A stretch of DNA of 64,000 bases from Octopus sinensis (taxonomy: Eukaryota). A model generated the notes under the pieces. That model had not been told where the DNA came from. It did no database searches and saw only the letters and a list, made by a program, of their open reading frames with translations. A program made the translations under genes and the position numbers. The stretch covers positions 31,558,001-31,622,000 of the forward strand of contig NC_042997.1 in the NCBI RefSeq assembly GCF_006345805.1, given 5' to 3'. Below are positions 14,602 through 26,712 of this stretch, piece after piece; within the stretch, counting starts at the first letter, position 1, and every line of letters starts with the position of its first letter.

Positions 14602-15007
14602 TAACAATTAAGGATAATCACTTAATAAGGGATTTAACAAGAAATTATCGGGTAGCTAGCGTGAAAACCTCATAAAAGAAAAGAATTCGAAAATAATTTT
14701 TTTCTTTTGAACAAATTAATTATATCTATATTGTATAGAGGGCATTATTACACATAAATGCCTCACACTGAGGTTTTCACGCTAGCTACCCGATAATTTC
14801 TTGTTAAGATCCCTTATTAAGAGATTATCCTTAATTGTTAAACTTATTCCGAAATACTTTTCATTACCCGACATGCAGTTCGTAAAAAGCCCGCCATTTA
14901 CCGGATATATGATTTATAAACATTCCATGTGCTTGGCCGGAGTGAGCAGTTGTCTGTTCGTCTTCGCTACGTAAGGTTGGTAGTTTATTTATGATGTGTT
15001 CAGAATC

Positions 15008-15066
15008 AGTTCTGCTGACGATCATTAGACGTAAAGTTGAATGTGAAATCACGGTGATACAGAACT
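15008..15066 (+). ncRNA. Type I hammerhead ribozyme motif (array 1, unit 1)
   Basis: agttctg CTGACGA t catt a gac gtaaa gtt g aatg t GAAA tcac g gtga T A cagaact. Stem I is 7 bp, the core is intact, stem II is extended and stem III is palindromic. The AUA site predicts cleavage after 15059. Confidence 0.85.
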
Positions 15067-15494
15067 AAATTCATTTTTTAAATGTCTTGCTTTGAAAAAC
15101 TGCATTTGGGTATGATTAGTATAATTTTGGTAGTAATGACTTTGTCCCTCCTAGTGTGAGGCATTTATGTGTAATAATGCCCTCTATACAATATAGATAT
15201 AATTAATTTGTTCAAAAGAAAAAAATTATTTTCGAATTCTTTTCTTTTATGAGGTTTTCACGCTAGCTACCCGATAATTTCTTGTTAAGATCCCTTATTA
15301 AGTGATTATCCTTAATTGTTAAACTTATTCCGAAATACTTTTCATTACCCGACATGCAGTTCGTAAAAAGCCCGCCATTTACCGGATATATGATTTATAA
15401 ACATCCATGTGCTTGGCCGGAGTGAGCAGTGAGCAGTTGTCTGTTCGTCTTCGCTACGTAAGGTTGGTAGTTTATTTATGATGTGTTCAGAATC

Positions 15495-15553
15495 AGTTCT
15501 GCTGACGATCATTAGACGTAAAGTTGAATGTGAAATCACGGTGATCCAGAACT
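15495..15553 (+). ncRNA. Type I hammerhead ribozyme motif (array 1, unit 2)
   Basis: Same motif with the triplet AUC (15546), which still fits NUH. Confidence 0.85.
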
Positions 15554-15970
15554 AAATTCATTTTTTAAATGTCTTGCTTTGAAAAACTGCATTTGGGTAT
15601 GATTAGTATAATTTTGGTAGTAATGACTTTGTCCCTCCTAGTGTGAGGCATTTATGTGTAATAATGCCCTCTATACAATATAGATATAATTAATTTGTTC
15701 AAAAGAAAAAAATTATTTTCGAATTCTTTTCTTTTATGAGGTTTTCACGCTAGCTACCCGATAATTCTTGTTAAGATCCCTTATTAAGTGATTATCCTTA
15801 ATTGTTAAACTTATTCCGAAATACTTTTCATTACCCGACATGCAGTTCGTAAAAAGCCCGCCATTACCGGATATATGATTTTATAACATTCCATGTGCTT
15901 GGCCGGAGTGAGCAGTTGTCTGTCGTCTTCGCTACGTAAGGTTGGTAGTTTATTTATGATGTTCAGAATC

Positions 15971-16029
15971 AGTTCTGCTGACGATCATTAGACGTAAAGT
16001 TGAATGTGAAATCACGGTGATACAGAACT
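15971..16029 (+). ncRNA. Type I hammerhead ribozyme motif (array 1, unit 3)
   Basis: Same motif, AUA triplet at 16020-16022. Confidence 0.85.
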
Positions 16030-16150
16030 AAATTCATTTTTTAAATGTCTTGCTTTGAAAAACTGCATTTGGGTATGATTAGTATAATTTTGGTAGTAAT
16101 GACTTTGTCCCTCCTAGTGTGAGGCATTTATGTGTAATAATGCCCTCTAT

Positions 16151-16184
<34 letters not shown>

Positions 16185-16189
16185 AAAAA

Positions 16190-16330
16190 TTCACAAAAAA
16201 AAAAACAACAAAAGACGAAGACAAGTGGTGTAGGCAACAAATAGATGTATTAGTTTAACGCTCGAGAAGTGAAAAAGTTTTTAACGTTTTGAGCCTACGC
16301 TCTTCCACAGAAAAGAACACAGAATGAGAC
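16190..16330 (-). mobile_element. Repeat with a degenerate minimal hammerhead-like motif (probable Penelope-like terminal repeat), abutting (TA)n
   Basis: Minus strand ttttctgtggaagagcgtaggctcaaaacgttaaaaac. Homologous to 47190-47345 (both contain aaaagacgaag.cag/agtgg...ac...gagcctacgctcttc.acagaa). Confidence 0.55.
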
Positions 16331-16599
16331 AGGGAGAGAAAAGTAAAGAAACAAGGAGAGAAAATAAAGAATGTGCAGTGGCCAGCGATTTAAATATATG
16401 TGAAGGATGTGAAGTCGCGTGTGAGGCGGAGGCTCTCTCAGATGAGGGATACAGGCGGCGTCAGATTCCAATAAAACAAAGCTGTTGTATGGCCCCTTGC
16501 GAGAAGTTTATGGACCGACTTCTCTGATAACACTACTTCGAAGCGGGGATCGTAAAGAACATCGTGATTCACAAGGAATTCTGTGAAGGTGGCGAGAAC

Positions 16600-18662
16600 A
16601 CTTTGATGAACTTTTGAATCAACAGTCTGTAGTTAGTGAGGATTTTCTCAATCACATCCCTGAATTACCTGTGAAGGCGGCTCTCACAGAACCACCAAAG
16701 TTGGAAGAAGTTGCAGTGGTTGTTTCAAGGATGATTAATGGGGGGGGGGGGTCTCCGGTTGTGGATGGCATACATACGGAGTTGTTACAGCATGGTAATG
16801 AGAAACATCTGCAGAAACTTCATTCCTTGTTTGGTAGGATATGGGCTAGTGAATCTGTACCTGACAACTGGTGAGATACAGTAATGGTGGTCTTATATAA
16901 GAGAAAATGCAACAGGAATGGTTGTGGTAACTATAGGAGGATATTGCTTTCTGTCGTAGGAAAGGTTTTATGCGAGGTACTTATGGATCGTCTGCTGATA
17001 CACGTTGTAGATTGTGTTCATCCAGAAAGTCAATCTGGCTTTCGTGTGGGACGCTGCACTGCTGATGTGATCTTCTCAGCTAGACAGCTTCAAGAGAAGT
17101 GTGTGGAACAGGGTCTGGATTTATATCAGGTTTTTGTCGATCCATTAATACAAACTTGGTTGTCCTGAAAAGTTCCTTGCTTTGGTTAGGTCTTTTCATG
17201 AAGACATGAAGGGTAGGGTTAATATTAGAGGTAAAGTGTCGGAGCCTATCTCAATACAAAATGGAGTGAAACGGGGATATTCTGGCACCGACTCTATTTG
17301 CCATATATTTTGCGATGGTTTTCTGTATTGCGTTCAGAAACTGCAGATATGGTGTTTACATCCATTATCGAACCTCTGGCAGCATATTTAATATCAGGCA
17401 CTTTGCTGCAAAAATAGATGTATTTACCTCTATCATTAGAGAACTTTTGTATGCAGATGATTGTGATCTAGTAACGCACACAAAGATTGATATGCAACAC
17501 ATTTTGAATACATTCTCTGATGCTTGCACTGCATTAGGATTGACACTCAGTCTCAAGAAAACTGTTGTCATGTACCAACCTGCCTCCGGTAAACAGTATA
17601 TTGAACCAAATATCTATGTGTATGGTAAACGACTTGGTGTAGTTGATCAGTTTGTCTTCATGGGAAGCACTGTTAATATGTAAAGCAATTTGGATACTGA
17701 AATTCCATACAGAATTAGGAAAGCAAGTGATGCTTTCAGAAGGCTAGAAAGGCGCCTCTGGAGTCGGCGAGACATATGCAAGAAGACAAAGATAAAGGTG
17801 TACAATGCGTGTTTGCTCTCCTCTCTTCTTTATGTCTACGAGAAGTGGGTCACATATCGATATGACCTTAAACAACTGGAACGTTTCCATCAGATGTGTC
17901 TCAGACGAATCTATGGCATTAAGTGGGAGGACCGCATCAGTGATCTTGAGATATTGGAAAGCTCTCGGTGTGAAAGAATAGAAGCTCTTGAGTTGAAGCA
18001 AAGGCTCAGATGGAGTGGTCATCTGGTCAGGATAAAAGATTCAAGGGTGCCAAAACAACTCTTTTATGGAGAGTTAGCTAAAAGAGAACGACCTCCACAT
18101 AAACCAAAAAAGTGGTATCAAGACTTGCTGAAGGCTTCCTTAAGAGATGCTAGCATCTCTTCTGACACATGGGAGGGCATAGCTATTGACCGTAGCAGGT
18201 GGAGAAGGATTGTGTATGAGGGGACAGCTACTTTTGAGAAATCTCGAGTTGCGCATGAGAAACTAAGGAGGGATGTCAGGAAGCGCATCGCTGTTGCACT
18301 TCCATATCAGATGGCAAGACCCTGCCTCACTTAAGCTGGACTTAAGAGTCATCTTCGTAGTCATAAAGCGAGACCGATGATTGACAACCAGGCCGCTGGT
18401 GGGGGTACTACACACCATACTAATCATGTCTGTCAGGCATGTGGAAGGGAGTGTAATTCGGCGGGATGACTTAAGCGACATGCAAAGGTACATGAAGCCC
18501 AAAGGTACAACTACAGCCGGCTATTGCCGTTAAAGATTTTAGCTGCCAATTCTGTACAAGACATTGTAGATCTTTAGCTGGGCTAAAAAGCCACGTTCGA
18601 TCACAGCACCGTTAACAGTTAAGCCTTGTGCAATGGCCATACTCGATAACAAGGGGGCAGCC

Positions 18663-18663
<1 letters not shown>
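16600..18663 (+). mobile_element. 5'-truncated RTE/BovB-type LINE, RT disrupted, with C-terminal C2H2 zinc fingers
   Basis: DGIHTELL...W*D..MVVLYK...GNYR...ESQSGFRVGRCTADVIFSARQLQEKCVEQ...FVD...ELLYADD (17450)...LSLKKT...RLRWSGHLVRIKDSRVPKQLFYGEL...DRSRWR. Then CLT*AGLKSHLRSH and CQACGRECNSAG*LKRHAKVH. The 3' end runs into (AC)n. Several stops and frameshifts. Confidence 0.95.
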
Positions 18664-18695
<32 letters not shown>

Positions 18696-18708
18696 ACACA
18701 TATATAAC

Positions 18709-18748
<40 letters not shown>

Positions 18749-18953
18749 ATATATGAGTCCAAATACTGGTTAGATTGAGTTTGTTTTCCACTTTTGCTGC
18801 TTTGACAATGAAATTAAGTACCAGTCATGAACTGTGTCGATACAATTCACTACCCCACATAGCGTTCCTGACGAATCATTTGTGCCCATTTGTGGCACTA
18901 TGACAGTGCAAGTAGCGATTATTTAGTAGAAGACATACAAAGAGGACATAGAT

Positions 18954-19511
18954 CAGTGGTTCTCGAACTTTTCAAAAGAATTTTGCGTGTCGGCCCCCTT
19001 ATAACCTTTCGATGATTCGCGGTCACTGTATAAAATGCAGGATAATTAACATGAAAAAAATGTCATACGCCGTAATTTGAAGACTACGAACCAGGATGAG
19101 AATGGGGATCTGGCAAAGCGCAAGGTCATGTAGGAGCATGCACCGGGGAGGATAACGAGGGTGAGAGACATGCAAACGTGTGGATTGCAGTAGTGAAGTG
19201 GTGAATCCTGTGAGCGGAGAATACCGAGGGCACATGCACAATCAACCGTTATACCTGCATATTTTCCATTGGCCAATCACAGCTGTTGCACAACAAGTGT
19301 GATTAGCAAGTGAGTGTGCAGAAGAGGTGTGGGGTTTTGAGGTCAGCGACATAAAGGATGATAGCATGCGGAAAATTGAATGTCTTGAAATTTCTAAACT
19401 AAAGTGTCTCAAGCCAACCTTTTTCGTGACACTTCAGTCTCCATTCGCGGTGCTCCTAAAATCGCTTCGCAGTCCCATAGGGGACAGCGGAGCCCAGTTT
19501 GAAAATCACTG
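18954..19511. mobile_element. Non-autonomous hAT (Charlie-like) MITE
   Basis: Termini cagtggttctcgaac / gtttgaaaatcactg; degraded 8-bp TSD acatagat / acattgac (6/8). Confidence 0.7.
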
Positions 19512-19574
19512 ACATTGACGATGTAGAAAGAAGTGAAGAAAATTGACGAAGAGCGGGAAAGGGTGACGTCAACG

Positions 19575-19801
19575 AAAGTAGTAGTAGTAGTTTTTGCTGT
19601 TGTTCTTGTTCTTGTTGTTTGTGCTGGTAGTGTAATCCTGCTATAACATCCTTATTATTTCCTCAATCATCCCAATCATTGTAATGATCATCATCATCAA
19701 CAGCATCATGATTATGATGTTCACCATCGTCGTCGTTGTCGTCGTCATCATCATCATTGCCAGTACTACCATTTTCCTCCTCCTCCTCCTCCTCCTCCTC
19801 C

Positions 19802-19840
<39 letters not shown>

Positions 19841-19912
19841 ACACCAACATCACATCATCGTTGTCATGATCATGATCATGATCATCATCACCAACATCAT
19901 TACTATCATTAT

Positions 19913-19950
<38 letters not shown>

Positions 19951-20353
19951 TCATCATCACTATTGTCATGCCTCTTACTCTCGCCGTGGTCGCCGTTGTC
20001 ATCGTCCTGGACATTGTTATCGTCATCACTGAGATCGTTATCTTTCTCCCCCACCCCCAACACACTGTCATGAATAATTCTATCCAACGTCAAAGGAGTC
20101 TCTACAAGGTTATTCAATATGCCAGAAATTGCAGTTAGATGTATGTACTTGAATTCACACATTAAAGAACAAAAAAAAAAACAAAAAGAAAAAAACTAAA
20201 GAAAAACAGAGGTCAATATAGTATCTGATAACAATGTGCCTGAAAAAGACAGCTGAGATGGTCATGGGAGGAAAGTCTTTGATCATAGATCTGTCCAGTC
20301 ATTGCTGACATGGACAAGCAGCATCTCTTACTTCAATACTATCATCACTTTGA

Positions 20354-20426
<73 letters not shown>

Positions 20427-20945
20427 CATCATCATCATCATCATCATCGTTATTATCATCACCATTTTTTTGGTTTTATCCTCAACATCAGCATCACCAC
20501 CACCACCACCATCATCATCATGATCGTCATCATGATGATGATCATCATCATCTAAACTTTATCACCATCCTCTACTTCCTATTTCTGCTCTTATTGTTCA
20601 TCTTCCTCCTCCTCTTCAGCTTTATTATCGTCATCTTTTCTGTCGACGTCATCATCTTCATCAACACCACCACCACCACCACCACCACCACCACCACCAC
20701 CACCGTCACCATAATTCCCACCCGACCACCCCTGCCAGCAACAACGCTATCATCATAGTCATCGCCTATATCATACTCATCATCATAGCTGTCATCATTG
20801 CATCTGTCGTCATCATCATAATCCTCCTCCACGTCATCTTCACCATCGCCTTCTTCTTCTTCTTCTTCTTCTACTACTACTACTACTACTGCTACTGCTA
20901 CTACTACTACTACTACTACTGCTACTACTACTACTACTACTACTG

Positions 20946-20977
<32 letters not shown>

Positions 20978-21053
20978 GCTACTACTACTGCTACTACTAC
21001 TACTGCTACTACTACTACTACTACTGCTACTGCTGCTACTACTACTGCTGCTG

Positions 21054-21085
<32 letters not shown>

Positions 21086-21477
21086 GCTGCTACTGCTACT
21101 ACAACCTTTTCTTCATATTCGTTGTTGTCGCCGTAGTGGTCATCCCCTTCCTCATCATCATCATCATCATCATCCTCGTTGCCGTCATCGTCGACTTCTG
21201 GACGTCGTCGACGACATCATCATCATCATCCTAATCCTAAACAGCCTCCTCCTCCTCATCATCATTCCAATCTTCCTCCTCCTCCTCCTCATCATCATCA
21301 TCGTCATCATCATAGTCAAATAGTCAATCATCCTCATGGTCATCGTGGTCGTGGTTGTTGTAGTCGTCGTCGTCATCATTGTCATCATCACCGCCACCAC
21401 CACCACCACACCACCACCACCACCACCACCATCATCATCATCATTTCCACTAACAACACCACAACAACCAAACAGGC

Positions 21478-21514
<37 letters not shown>

Positions 21515-21515
21515 G
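19575..21515. repeat. Compound trinucleotide field ((CAT)n, (TAT)n, (CAC)n, (CTA/CTG)n) ending in (CAGA)n
   Basis: Seen directly. Confidence 0.9.
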
Positions 21516-21904
21516 TCAGCAGGACGATAATATCAGTGTTGTGACAGTGTGATCAGTAGCGTCTCCATAAAACGTCAAGACAATTAGGGGTCCTCTTGGA
21601 TGCTGGTGATGGATGACTGTTGCAAGAGAGCTGCAAAGCCATCCACCTTATTCCCCACGTCACCTTACACCCGTAAAAATACTTCTATCAGCATATATCT
21701 GTGTATGCCTATGTACATGTGTGATAGTGCAGGCGTGTGTATGTTTGTTGTGTGCGTGAGAAAGAGAAAATGCTCTTTCATATACTCATATCTCCTCTTT
21801 CTTTGACCGTTTCTCTACCATTGTCTTTTACTCTTGATTTTTGCCTGTTTTATTGGATATGATTAGTATTACACTCTCCTCTCTCTAAATTTATTGTCCG
21901 TCAT

Positions 21905-21977
21905 TTCTCCATCTATCTGTCTGTGTGTCTGTCTATCTATCTATCTATTTATCTATCTATCTATCCATCTGTCAATC

Positions 21978-22031
<54 letters not shown>

Positions 22032-22055
22032 AACTATCTATCTATCTATCTATCA

Positions 22056-22102
<47 letters not shown>

Positions 22103-22263
22103 ATCTATCTATCTATCATCTATCTATTTATCTATCTAACTATCTATATATTTATCTATCTGTCTGTCAATCTATCTATCTAGCTATCTATGTATCTATC
22201 TATCTCTCTGTCTCTGTCTCTCTCTCTATCTATCTATCTATCTATGTACCTCTCTCTCTCTCA

Positions 22264-22295
<32 letters not shown>

Positions 22296-22309
22296 ATATC
22301 TATGTACCT

Positions 22310-22343
<34 letters not shown>

Positions 22344-22400
22344 CTATGTACTTCTCTCTCTATCTATCATCTATGTATCTATCTATATTCATTTATGTAC
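21905..22400. repeat. (TCTA)n microsatellite field
   Basis: Seen directly. Confidence 0.95.
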
Positions 22401-22790
22401 TTAGTGGTCCTACCTATATGTTTCTTTGCCTATCTGCATGTATGTCTCCCTGTTTATCTTTGAACATAGTTTGATATATATGTTTCTGTGTTTGTTTAAT
22501 ATATATGTTTCTCTGTTTGTGGCTGTGTTCGTGTGAACGTATGAGTGTGAGTGCTTGTGTCTGTAAGTGCGTGTGTGTAGTTTTAATCCGACTGTGCGAT
22601 GAAGGCGACCTTGCCGAAGGTTCGAAACAACTGTCAACCTTTTCGTTGTAAAACAAATAAAACCGAAACTCACACGTGTATGAATAAAATCTCAGCTATA
22701 TATTATCTGTAACATCAGAAGTCCAAATTCAAGTATCTCCTCGGACCTGTATAATGAAACTGAGTTTTTCCAGCTGATGTCAAACATATA

Positions 22791-23487
22791 CGGTAATCCA
22801 TTGCCATATCGCGGTTCACCTATCGCGGTTTACTATTTAAGCTTACGTCATTTCCTCCGTGGCGTTGTTTTGCATTTATAGTAAAATAAATATATGCAAT
22901 AAGAGTAGAAATGAATATTATTAAATACTAGCAGTATCGCCCGGCGTTGCTCGGGTGTGTAAGGGAAATAACTATATAAGCATTTTTAGAGAGTTATAGC
23001 CAAAAAATAGCGAAAAAATGCATTAAAAATGGAAAAAAATGATGGTAAATTTTTTTAAATCGTAGACTCATCGTAGACGCGCGCTAATACCCAGAAGGGC
23101 TCGATATGAATCACGACTATAAGATACCCGGTTTTGGTTACACTGCACCGCAAAATGTGGGAGTAGTTAGGAATCTAAATCGTAGGAGACAGACACACAA
23201 CTTGACTTTTATATATAAAGATTATCAATTTCAACCAGTGGTCAGCACACTTAAAGAAAAAATGTCCGAGGACTGTGAATTCTATCGAAATATAAACAAT
23301 ATGAGAGACCACTATGTGGATCCCTTGTATGCTAAAAATAGACGTCAAACCATCTTACCACGAAATCTGTGTTCTTAAATAATAACAAACAAATACACAG
23401 TGCAGTACTGTTTCTACTTCGCCGATTTTCACCTATCGCGGGTTGTGGGTTTGGAAGGTAACACTCGCGATAGTCGAGGGATTATTG
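22791..23487. mobile_element. Tigger/pogo-like MITE, interrupted by a Helitron
   Basis: Imperfect TIRs ta|cggtaatccattgccatatcgcgg and cgcgatagtcgagggattattg|tg; subterminal cacctatcgcgg repeats. Confidence 0.65.
22928..23221 (-). mobile_element. Non-autonomous Helitron (294 bp)
   Basis: Minus strand: A|TCtttatatataaaag ... hairpin cccgagcaacgccggg ... CTAG|T. Canonical TC/CTRR termini, subterminal hairpin and A-T target without a TSD. Confidence 0.85.
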
Positions 23488-23724
23488 TGGTAGTAACGTT
23501 TTGATGAGTTTGTATTATAATAATTACTTACACACACACACACACAAGTACACGCGCGCGCACGCACACACACATACACACACGCATACACTAACACATA
23601 CGCAAGCAAGCGCATGCATGGGCATATATAAGTTAGAAGCCAAAGGATATTTATCAGTTTCTAAGATTAGTATAAGCTTGTTCAGTTATCTAAACTACCT
23701 GCTCATTTAATAAGAGAGAGAGAG

Positions 23725-24021
23725 AGACTGACCACCCCACTTCCGTAATGAATGACCATGCGATTGCACCTATAAAGTTCTCCTCCGAGTCACCCATGCA
23801 TACCAATCTCCCCTCACCGCCGATGTTACCCAAGGGAAAGATAAAAGCCGATACAGTTTGGGACCAGTGACGTTGCTACTCGTTTCTACAGCTGAGTTAA
23901 CTGGAGCAACGTGAAATAAAGTGTCTTGCTCAAGAACACAACACACAACCCGGTCCGGGGATCGAACTCACTACCTCGTAATTGTGAGCCCGACGCTCGA
24001 ACCATTGAGCCATGCGCCTTC
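23725..24021 (-). mobile_element. tRNA-derived SINE family E (head and domain like family C, different 3' tail)
   Basis: Minus strand gaaggcgcatggctcaatgg...gagttcgatccc...tgtgttcttgagcaagacactttatttcacgttgctccag. A 3' part recurs at 60372-60612 (+). Confidence 0.75.
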
Positions 24022-24067
24022 GCTCATTTAGCTAAGGTGTAAATAATTAAGTGTTCTTGAGACGTAT

Positions 24068-24478
24068 AGGCGCAGGAGTGGCTGCGTGGTAAGTAGCTTG
24101 ATAACCAACCACATGGTTCCGGGTTCAGTCCCACTGCGTGGCATCTTGGGCAAGTGTCTTCTGCTATAGCCCCGGGCCGACCAATGCCTTGTGAGTGGAT
24201 TTGGTAGACGGAAACTGAAAGAAGCCTGTCGTATATATGTATATATATATAAGTGTGTGTGTATATGTTTGTGTGTCTGTGTTTGTCCCCCTAGCATTGC
24301 TTGACAACCGATGCTGGTGTGTTTACGTCCCCGTATCTTAGCGGTTCGGCAAAAGAGACCGATAGAATAAGTACTGGGCTTACAAAGAATAAGTCCCGGG
24401 GTCGATTTGCTCGACTAAAGGCGGTGCTCCAGCATGGCCACAGTCAAATGACTGAAACAAGTAAAAGAGTAAAGAGTA
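24068..24478 (+). mobile_element. tRNA/CORE-like SINE family D with an internal (TA)n(TG)n tract, full length
   Basis: aggcgcaggagtggctgcgtggtaag...gggttcagtccc...cttgggcaagtgtcttct...gtcg[TA/TG tract]tttgtcccc...gaaacaagtaaaagag tail. Confidence 0.9.
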
Positions 24479-24747
24479 TATGTATTGTTAAAATAATCAT
24501 GAGCTCGAGTCAATGCCATTCAACGATACAAAGTTGTACATTTGAATTGTATCATTTGAATTACATGTGTTACCAATCCAACGGACCTCCCCACTCCCCA
24601 TTAGCGTTTCCGTCAGGCCAATTTCATTCATTAGTCTTCAGTCGACCGATTCTATATCTCAAGATGCTACGCACTAGGATCGAAACAGTAATTTCGTGAT
24701 TACGAAGCGAACCATTTGGCTATCCTGCATCCACACACGCACGCACG

Positions 24748-24809
<62 letters not shown>

Positions 24810-24877
24810 AATAATACATGTATATATGTATGCATATACATACATATGCGTATAACTAGTTGTATAGAAGTATATAT

Positions 24878-25030
24878 ATTCCGCCGAGGTCGACTTTGCT
24901 TTTCATCTTTTCGGGGTCGATAAATTAAGTACCAGTTACGCACTGGAGTCGATGTAATCGACTTAATCCGTTTGTCTGTCCTTGTTTGTCCCCTCTGTGT
25001 TTAGCCCCTTGTGGGTAGCAAAGAAATATG
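24878..25030 (+). mobile_element. SINE family A, 3' part
   Basis: ccgccgaggtcgactttg...ttagccccttgtgggtagcaaagaaata. Confidence 0.85.
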
Positions 25031-25682
25031 TATAGAAGTATATATAAAAATATATACACATATACACATACACAAACACACGCACACATATGTATGTACA
25101 TGAGGTGCTTCCACATAGTTTCTATCAATCAAATTCACTCACAAGCTATTGATTAGGTCAATACTATTGTAGAAACCACTTGCCCAAGATGCTGTGCAGT
25201 GGAACTGAACTCGAAGCCACGAGGTTGCAAAGAGAACTTCTTAAACACACAGCCCTAATCTATGCATATTCAAAGTTTAAACGCGGTTAAATTGCTACAA
25301 AATGAAAAGATAGCGAGAAATCCGAAAGGTTCTGGGAATGTCTCTGACTTGACATTTGTTTTCAGCTAGTGCTGACAAAGTGTGTATCGATAGCAGCAAC
25401 AATAAACGGCACTCGCAAGCGGGTAGGAATATCTTCCTATCAGTACGTTCAATGATTTGCATATTCTTTTTGGAAACTAAGACAATCGCGAGCAGATATA
25501 AACGCCTTCTTGGCTCTCTTGACTCTACGAGACAGCGAGGATGTGACAGTTAGTGGGAGAGAGAAAAAGACAAAGAGAGAGAGAGAGAGAGAAATGGAAA
25601 GAATGAGAGAGGAGGGATATAGCTTGTACCAGTATTGGCCTGGTTACACATTTCTTATTTCTTTATTGCCCAGAACGCAGCG

Positions 25683-25915
25683 GCGGACGAAATACCTGGT
25701 TCTTTACTACCCACAAGGGGGCTAAACACAGAGAGGACAGACAAACGGATTAAGTCGATTACATCGACTCCAGTGCCTAACTGGTACTTAATTTATCGAC
25801 CCCGAAAGGATAAAAGGCAAAGTCGAACATGGCGGAATTTGAACTCAAAATGTAACGGCAGACGAAATACTGCTAAACATTTCGCCAGGTGTGCTAACGT
25901 TTCTGCCAGCTCATT
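25683..25915 (-). mobile_element. SINE family A copy
   Basis: Collinear with other family A copies. Confidence 0.85.
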
Positions 25916-26537
25916 TCTATTTAAGTAACCTGGAGCGACGTGAAATGAAGTGCTCAAAAACAAAACCAGCCTCCCAATCTAGGAATTGAACGCACAACCT
26001 TAAAATTGTGAGCTCAAAAACCTAACCACAAGGCTACGCGCATTCGCATAGCAGCAAAAAACAAAAAAAATATCAACTTACTTCCGAAGACTCACTCATC
26101 ACTTTCTGTTGCATCATCTCAAATGTTAACATCGCACAGTGACTACGCACAGCCATGGAGTATATAATTTCAACAGAACAACCATTACAGATATCAGATT
26201 TCTGTTTCCATAGAATGTCGTTTGGCGTTATACTTGTCTCCTCGAATGATAGAGTTTATAGTTGAAGGAACAATCTCCAGACCACTGTGCTCAGTTCCCG
26301 GTTTGATCTCAACTGGACATGTCACGTACAAGGACATCAATATGTGTATCTGTATATAAATACATACGTATATATGTGTGTATGTGTGAGTGTGTGTGTG
26401 TGTGTGTGTCTGTGTGTCTGTGTGTGTGTAGAGAGAGAGACAGATGATACATAGTATATAAGTCTTTCTCATTTTCTTGTTTTTAAATCCTGTACTAATC
26501 CATGGTTCATCCAAGATTTCATCTCCTCCACCTCTTC

Positions 26538-26712
26538 AGGCGCAGGCGTGCCTGTGCGTTAAGAAGCTTGCTTCCAAACCACATGGTTCTGTGTCTAATC
26601 TTACTGCGTGGTACCGCGGGCAAATGTCTTCTATTATAGCCTTGGGCCGACCAAAGCCGTGAGTGGATTTCGTGGACGGAAACTGAAAGAAGCTTGTCGT
26701 ATATATCTATAT
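26538..26712 (+). mobile_element. SINE family D 5' half, ending in the TA tract
   Basis: Collinear with 24068-24240; similar 5' halves at 25103-25257 (-), 27145-27360 (+) and 37789-37950 (-). Confidence 0.8.

Larger units (their letters stand above)
14599..16157 (+). mobile_element. Hammerhead-ribozyme tandem array 1 (retrozyme / Penelope pseudo-LTR-like): ~2.9 direct ~480-bp units with a 172-bp inverted 5' segment, flanked by (TA)n
   Basis: Units start at 14770, 15251 and 15738 (gaggttttcacgctagctaccc). 14599-14770 is the reverse complement of the unit junction region. (TA)n lies at 14552-14598 and 16154-16181. There is one hammerhead per unit and no credible ORF. Confidence 0.85.

Noticed and set aside
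14864-15539. Repeated minus-strand ORF MISHSTLRLMIVSRTDSEH...
   Set aside because: Antisense to the hammerhead, broken in unit 3, not conserved in array 2, and no recognisable motif.
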